The notes under the pieces are model-generated. The model was not told the DNA's origin, ran no database searches, and saw only the letters and a list, made by a program, of their open reading frames with translations. DNA of 64,000 bases from Marsupella aquatica. Its lineage: Eukaryota; Plantae; Marchantiophyta. This document shows positions 59,758 through 64,000 of the stretch, one piece after another; position 1 is the stretch's first letter, and every line of letters starts with the position of its first letter. The translations under genes and the position numbers were made by a program. The DNA lies in assembly GCA_973895155.1 (NCBI GenBank), contig OZ316894.1:23620709-23684708 (forward strand), read 5' to 3'.

Positions 59758-62700
59758 TTACTTGTGACGCAATTGCAAAACCTGCAACACATCATGATGT
59801 CTAGAGAAACTTTCCAAAGGAATCACTTTGATAAATGCGTCAGCTGGGTTGAGTTTACCGTCTATCTTGACTAGCTCAAACAAATTATCAGACACAACTT
59901 GCCTGATAAAATGGTACCTGACGTCTATGTGCTTCACTCTACTGTCCATCACCTGGTTCACAGCAAGGTGGAGCGCACTCTGACTATCACAATGGAGCTT
60001 CACATTCCCCTGTGGCAATCCCATTTCAGTGATAAGTCTATCCAACCAAATTGCTTCCTTCGCTGCTTCCGCTGCTGCAACATACTCTGCTTCTGTAGTA
60101 GACTGAGCAATACACTTCTGCAAAGTATACCTCCAACTTATGCATTCATGGCCAAGTGTGAACACGTACCCTATTGTTGATCTCCTTCGGTCCAGATCTT
60201 GTCCATAGTTAGAATCTACATAGCCAATCAATGATCTTGCATTATTTGCATTTGCATCAAATAAAAGACAATGATCCACGGTACCCTTCAAGTACCTGAT
60301 AATCCACTTCACTGTTTCCCAATATACCTTCCCTGGATTCGACATGTACCTGCTTACCTTGCCCATAGCCATGGCAAGATCAGGTCTAGTGCAAGTCATC
60401 AAATACATGAGACTTCCCACTGCCTTATCATAAGGAACCTTTGACATCAGCCCCTTCTCTGTCGCATCTGTGGGACAAAAAGCTGATGACAATTTGAAGT
60501 GTGCAGCCAAAGGGGTACTTACTGGCTTACTATCCCCCATGTTGAACCTGACAATTACCTTCCTTGCATAACTACTCTATGTCAACCATAGCTTACCAGC
60601 CTCCAAGTCCCTAGTGATCTCCATACCCAAAATCCTCTTAGTTGGCCCTAAGTCCTTCATCTTAAACTCTGCACTTAGCAGTGCCTTGAGCTTAACAATC
60701 TCAGACCTATCCTTGGCCGCAATAAGCATGTCATCCACATAAAGTACTAAAACAAGGAACCCAAAGACAATATTTTTCACCGGTTTCAAATATACACAAG
60801 AGTCAAACACACTCCTGTGAAAACCTTGTGATCGAATCCAATCGTCAAACCGCTTGTTCCACTGTCTTGGTGACTGCTTCAACCCATACAAGGATTTCAA
60901 CAATCTGAAAACCAGTTCCTCTTGTCCTCTCTTCACAAAACCTAGCGGCTGTCTCATGAAGATCACCTCTTCCAAGGTGCCATAGAGGAAAGTTGTGACA
61001 ACATCCATCTGATCTAGCAGTAGACCAAACATTACAACAAGCACACACAATAGCCGTATTGTTGAGTACTTAGCGACTAGTGAGAAGACCTCATTGTAAT
61101 CCACACCTTTCTCTTGTGTGAATCCCTTTGCTACCAACCTAGCCTTGTAGACCTTCGATCCACTTCCTGCGGAATTATCCTTTAGCTTGTAAATCCACTT
61201 GCTGTCCACCACTTGCTGACCCTTAGGCAGCTTAACAAGCTCCCAAGTTTTGTTGTCCTTCAGTGACTGCATCTCCGTTTGCATTGCTACAGTCCACTCC
61301 TGCTTCTCCTTTGAAGCACTTGCCTCATGAAATGAAGAAGGTTCCCCTTCTTCCAAAACCAACGCATGACCCTCATCATCAGCTGTAAAATTGTCCTCTT
61401 GCAATTGAAATGAATCAACCCACTGTCCATACCTAGGAGGAGCGCGTACAGTGCGACTAGATGTTCTTCTAGTCGATGACTCCGGTTGAATTGCATCTAC
61501 TGGTACAATTTGAAGCTCAGCAACATCCACTTGCTACTCATCAGCATCAACAAACTCCTCTTGTTCCTCTGGCACAGGAACCAACTCCATGCTTGGAGCA
61601 CCTCCTTCTTGTCGATCATGTACCTCATGATCAATCTCCCTCTCAACGAGATCCGGGATAGGAGATTTTCTTTTGTCAGTACGGGAGACCTGAGCTCAAT
61701 AACCTGGATTCATTGAAGGAAATATTCCTACTGACAACGAGCTTACAAGCAATAGGATCCCATAGCCTGTAGGCCTTCACACCACTCTGATACCCAAGAA
61801 AAATACATTTTTTGGACGTAGGATCCAACTTGGTCCTATTCTACTTCGGTGTGAGAGCATATGCATCACTTCCAAAAACTACCAAGCCATGATAGTTTGC
61901 TTGTCACTTATAACGCATTTCAAACGGCGTTTTGAAATTGATTGCACTAGAAGGAGAAAGATTTACCAAATAAGTTGCAGTATTGACAGCTTCTGCCCAA
62001 AATTTATGTGGTAAACCTGATTGGCTCAACATACTCCGTGACCGCTCCAACAGTGTTCGATTGAGCCTCTCAGCGATACCATTTTGTTGCGGAGTATAAA
62101 CTGTGGTGAGATGGCAAGTTATCCCCTGTTCTGCATAGTACTCTTCAAATTCTATTGAAGTGTACTCCCCACCGTTGTCTGACCTCATACTCTTCACTCT
62201 TGTATCCAAACACTTAACCGTGTTTCCTGTCTGATTCTCCACTTGGGCCTTCCACTTCGTAAAAATGGACAAGACATCAGACTTATGCGTCATGAAATAA
62301 ATCCATACAAATCTTGAGTAATGGTCAATAAATGATACATAGTACAATTTTCCAGAGTGTGAGGGAGTCGGGGATAGACCCCACACATCACTATGTATGT
62401 ACTCAAGAATCGCTTTGGAACGACGAGTTCCAACACCGAAAGCACGACGATGCTGCTTTCCAAAAATGCAATGCTCACAGAAATCCAATTTACAAGACTG
62501 CAAATCAGAAATGAGCCCATTCTTCCGCAAGATAGCCAATTCCTTCTCACTCATGTGGCCTAGCCGTGAATGCCACAGTTGAGTCATTTCCTCGTGAGAC
62601 TTGGTTACATTGGCCTCTCCACATACAAATTCTTTTGTCTGCTCCCCTTCAAAATCACTATCTCTCCCGACATGACTTGAAGTTCACCATCAATTACTCA

Positions 62701-63862
62701 CCATTGATGACCATTTGTATCCAACACACCGAGTGAAATCAAATTCTTACGCATGCCAGGTACAAACCTGACTCCGGACACTGTGCGCACAATGCCATCA
62801 AACATTTGAATCTTTACAGACCCAATACCCTCAACCTTGACAGGAGTGATCATTTCCCATCAAAACTGAACCGTTTGACACAGAATAAGAATTGAAATAC
62901 TCGCGAATGTAACAAATGTGAAAGGAGCAAGCACAATCAAGAATCCACACATCATTTTCTCTCCTAGATGATGTGCACAAGGCATACTCCTGACTTCATA
63001 AAACATACTCATCATTGAGTAAATCAACTTCTCCATCAGCACTAGCCATATTGGCTGATGAAGATTCAACTGTCTTACCCTTACAATCTCTCTTAACGTG
63101 ACCAACCTTGTGACACTTCCAACAGATTAGTGGCTTTCTCTCCTGGGACTTCCCCCTTGAAGCAAATCTTGTCCTAGATTTAATTCTTCCCATGCCCTGC
63201 GTGCGCTGCTCTTGACGTTTTTGTGACCTCCCACGATTCACATTCAAGGCAACACCAGACAATGATGATGGCTGAGAGGGCATGATCAATTTTTGTTGCA
63301 AGTCATCAGTCAACAGAGCACTTACAACTTCATTGTAAGTGATAGTCTTCCTGTCACGATGAAGCAACACTCGTGACAATGACTGATACGATGAGGGTAA
63401 AGAGCTAAGCAAGTGAAGAGCCTACCGCTCATCACTCAAATCCTCCCCCAGATTTTGCAAATCAACGACCAGGTCGTTGAAACCATCGATATGGTCCTGA
63501 ATCTTTGCATTTCCCTCCTTCATCTTGAAGCTCATAAGCTTCAAAGATGTGTAGAGCCGATTTGATAGCTCCTTTTGATGGTACTTTTGCTCCAATGCGG
63601 CAAACAATGATGCACAATCGACATAGTCTGCCAATTGCTTGATGACATTAGGCTGAAGATAGAGCATCACGGTGCTCACAGCCTGCTCCTGCATGTCCTG
63701 CCAGTCATCATTGTCGACATCATTTGGCTGGTCCTTCAGCAATTTCCCAAGCCCGGTTGCACGGAGTACCCCCTTCACTTGTCGCTCCCACAACAAGTAG
63801 TCTGTGCGGCCATCGTATTTCGTAACCTCAAACTTGGGACCTCCAAGCTTGATAGTCCCCAT
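59758..63862 (-). pseudogene. Copia gag-pol polyprotein broken by stops and frameshifts
   Basis: gag KFEVTKYDGRTDYLLW; zinc knuckle CWKCHKVGHVKRDC; protease WILDCACSFHIC; LWHSRLGHMS; integrase HSDVWG, SDNGGEY and PQQNGIAER; RT KARLVAKGF, LYGLKQSPRQW and LYVDDMLI; RNaseH STTEAEY and KHIDVRYHF. Split over at least five ORFs. Confidence 0.92.
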
Positions 63863-64000
63863 CCTTTTTCTTGTCACTCGTCGCAATACCGGTGACCATA
63901 ATTCTACTAGATCTTCCACTTCCTCCTCTGTTCTCTTCGGTGACTCAACAGAACCCTCCTCCAAGTCACTTATGTGAGAAATCAAGAAAAAATAACGTTT

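Larger units (their letters stand above)
59224..64000 (-). mobile_element. Ty1/copia LTR retrotransposon, decayed; 5' LTR lies beyond the window
   Basis: Domain order is gag-protease-integrase-RT-RNaseH, followed by a PPT and a 3' LTR. Confidence 0.95.

Overview
Eukaryotic nuclear DNA from a land plant, most likely a bryophyte. The ycf2 fragment resembles liverwort plastid ycf2 as I recall it, and a PLS-DYW PPR gene argues against complex-thalloid Marchantiopsida; this assignment is inference. Five protein genes are supported: a PLS-class PPR-DYW editing factor (316-2511, -), ATG101 (11199-11834, +), a two-exon dehydrin/LEA-like gene (15130-16747, -), a two-exon fungal-type FAD-dependent monooxygenase (34869-36316, -) and a full-length MOR1/XMAP215 (46555-52605, -). 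The intergenic space holds many transposon relics: two inverted Helitron-like copies, a family of 8-bp-TSD MITEs, a Tourist MITE, a CRE-like non-LTR relic, nested solo LTRs, a SINE-like element and a decayed Ty1/copia running off the window end. The most notable observations are: (1) MOR1, normally split by about 50 introns, is one uninterrupted 6,051-bp ORF, and the ATG101 CDS is also intronless, pointing to large-scale intron loss or retro-replacement; (2) a probable fungus-to-plant horizontally transferred monooxygenase that carries a spliceosomal intron; (3) a repair scar joining telomere repeats, a plastid trnL(CAA) and a plastid ycf2 fragment; (4) a MITE family with CYCGG termini and 8-bp TSDs. 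Family assignments are from motif recognition by eye; no database searches were run.
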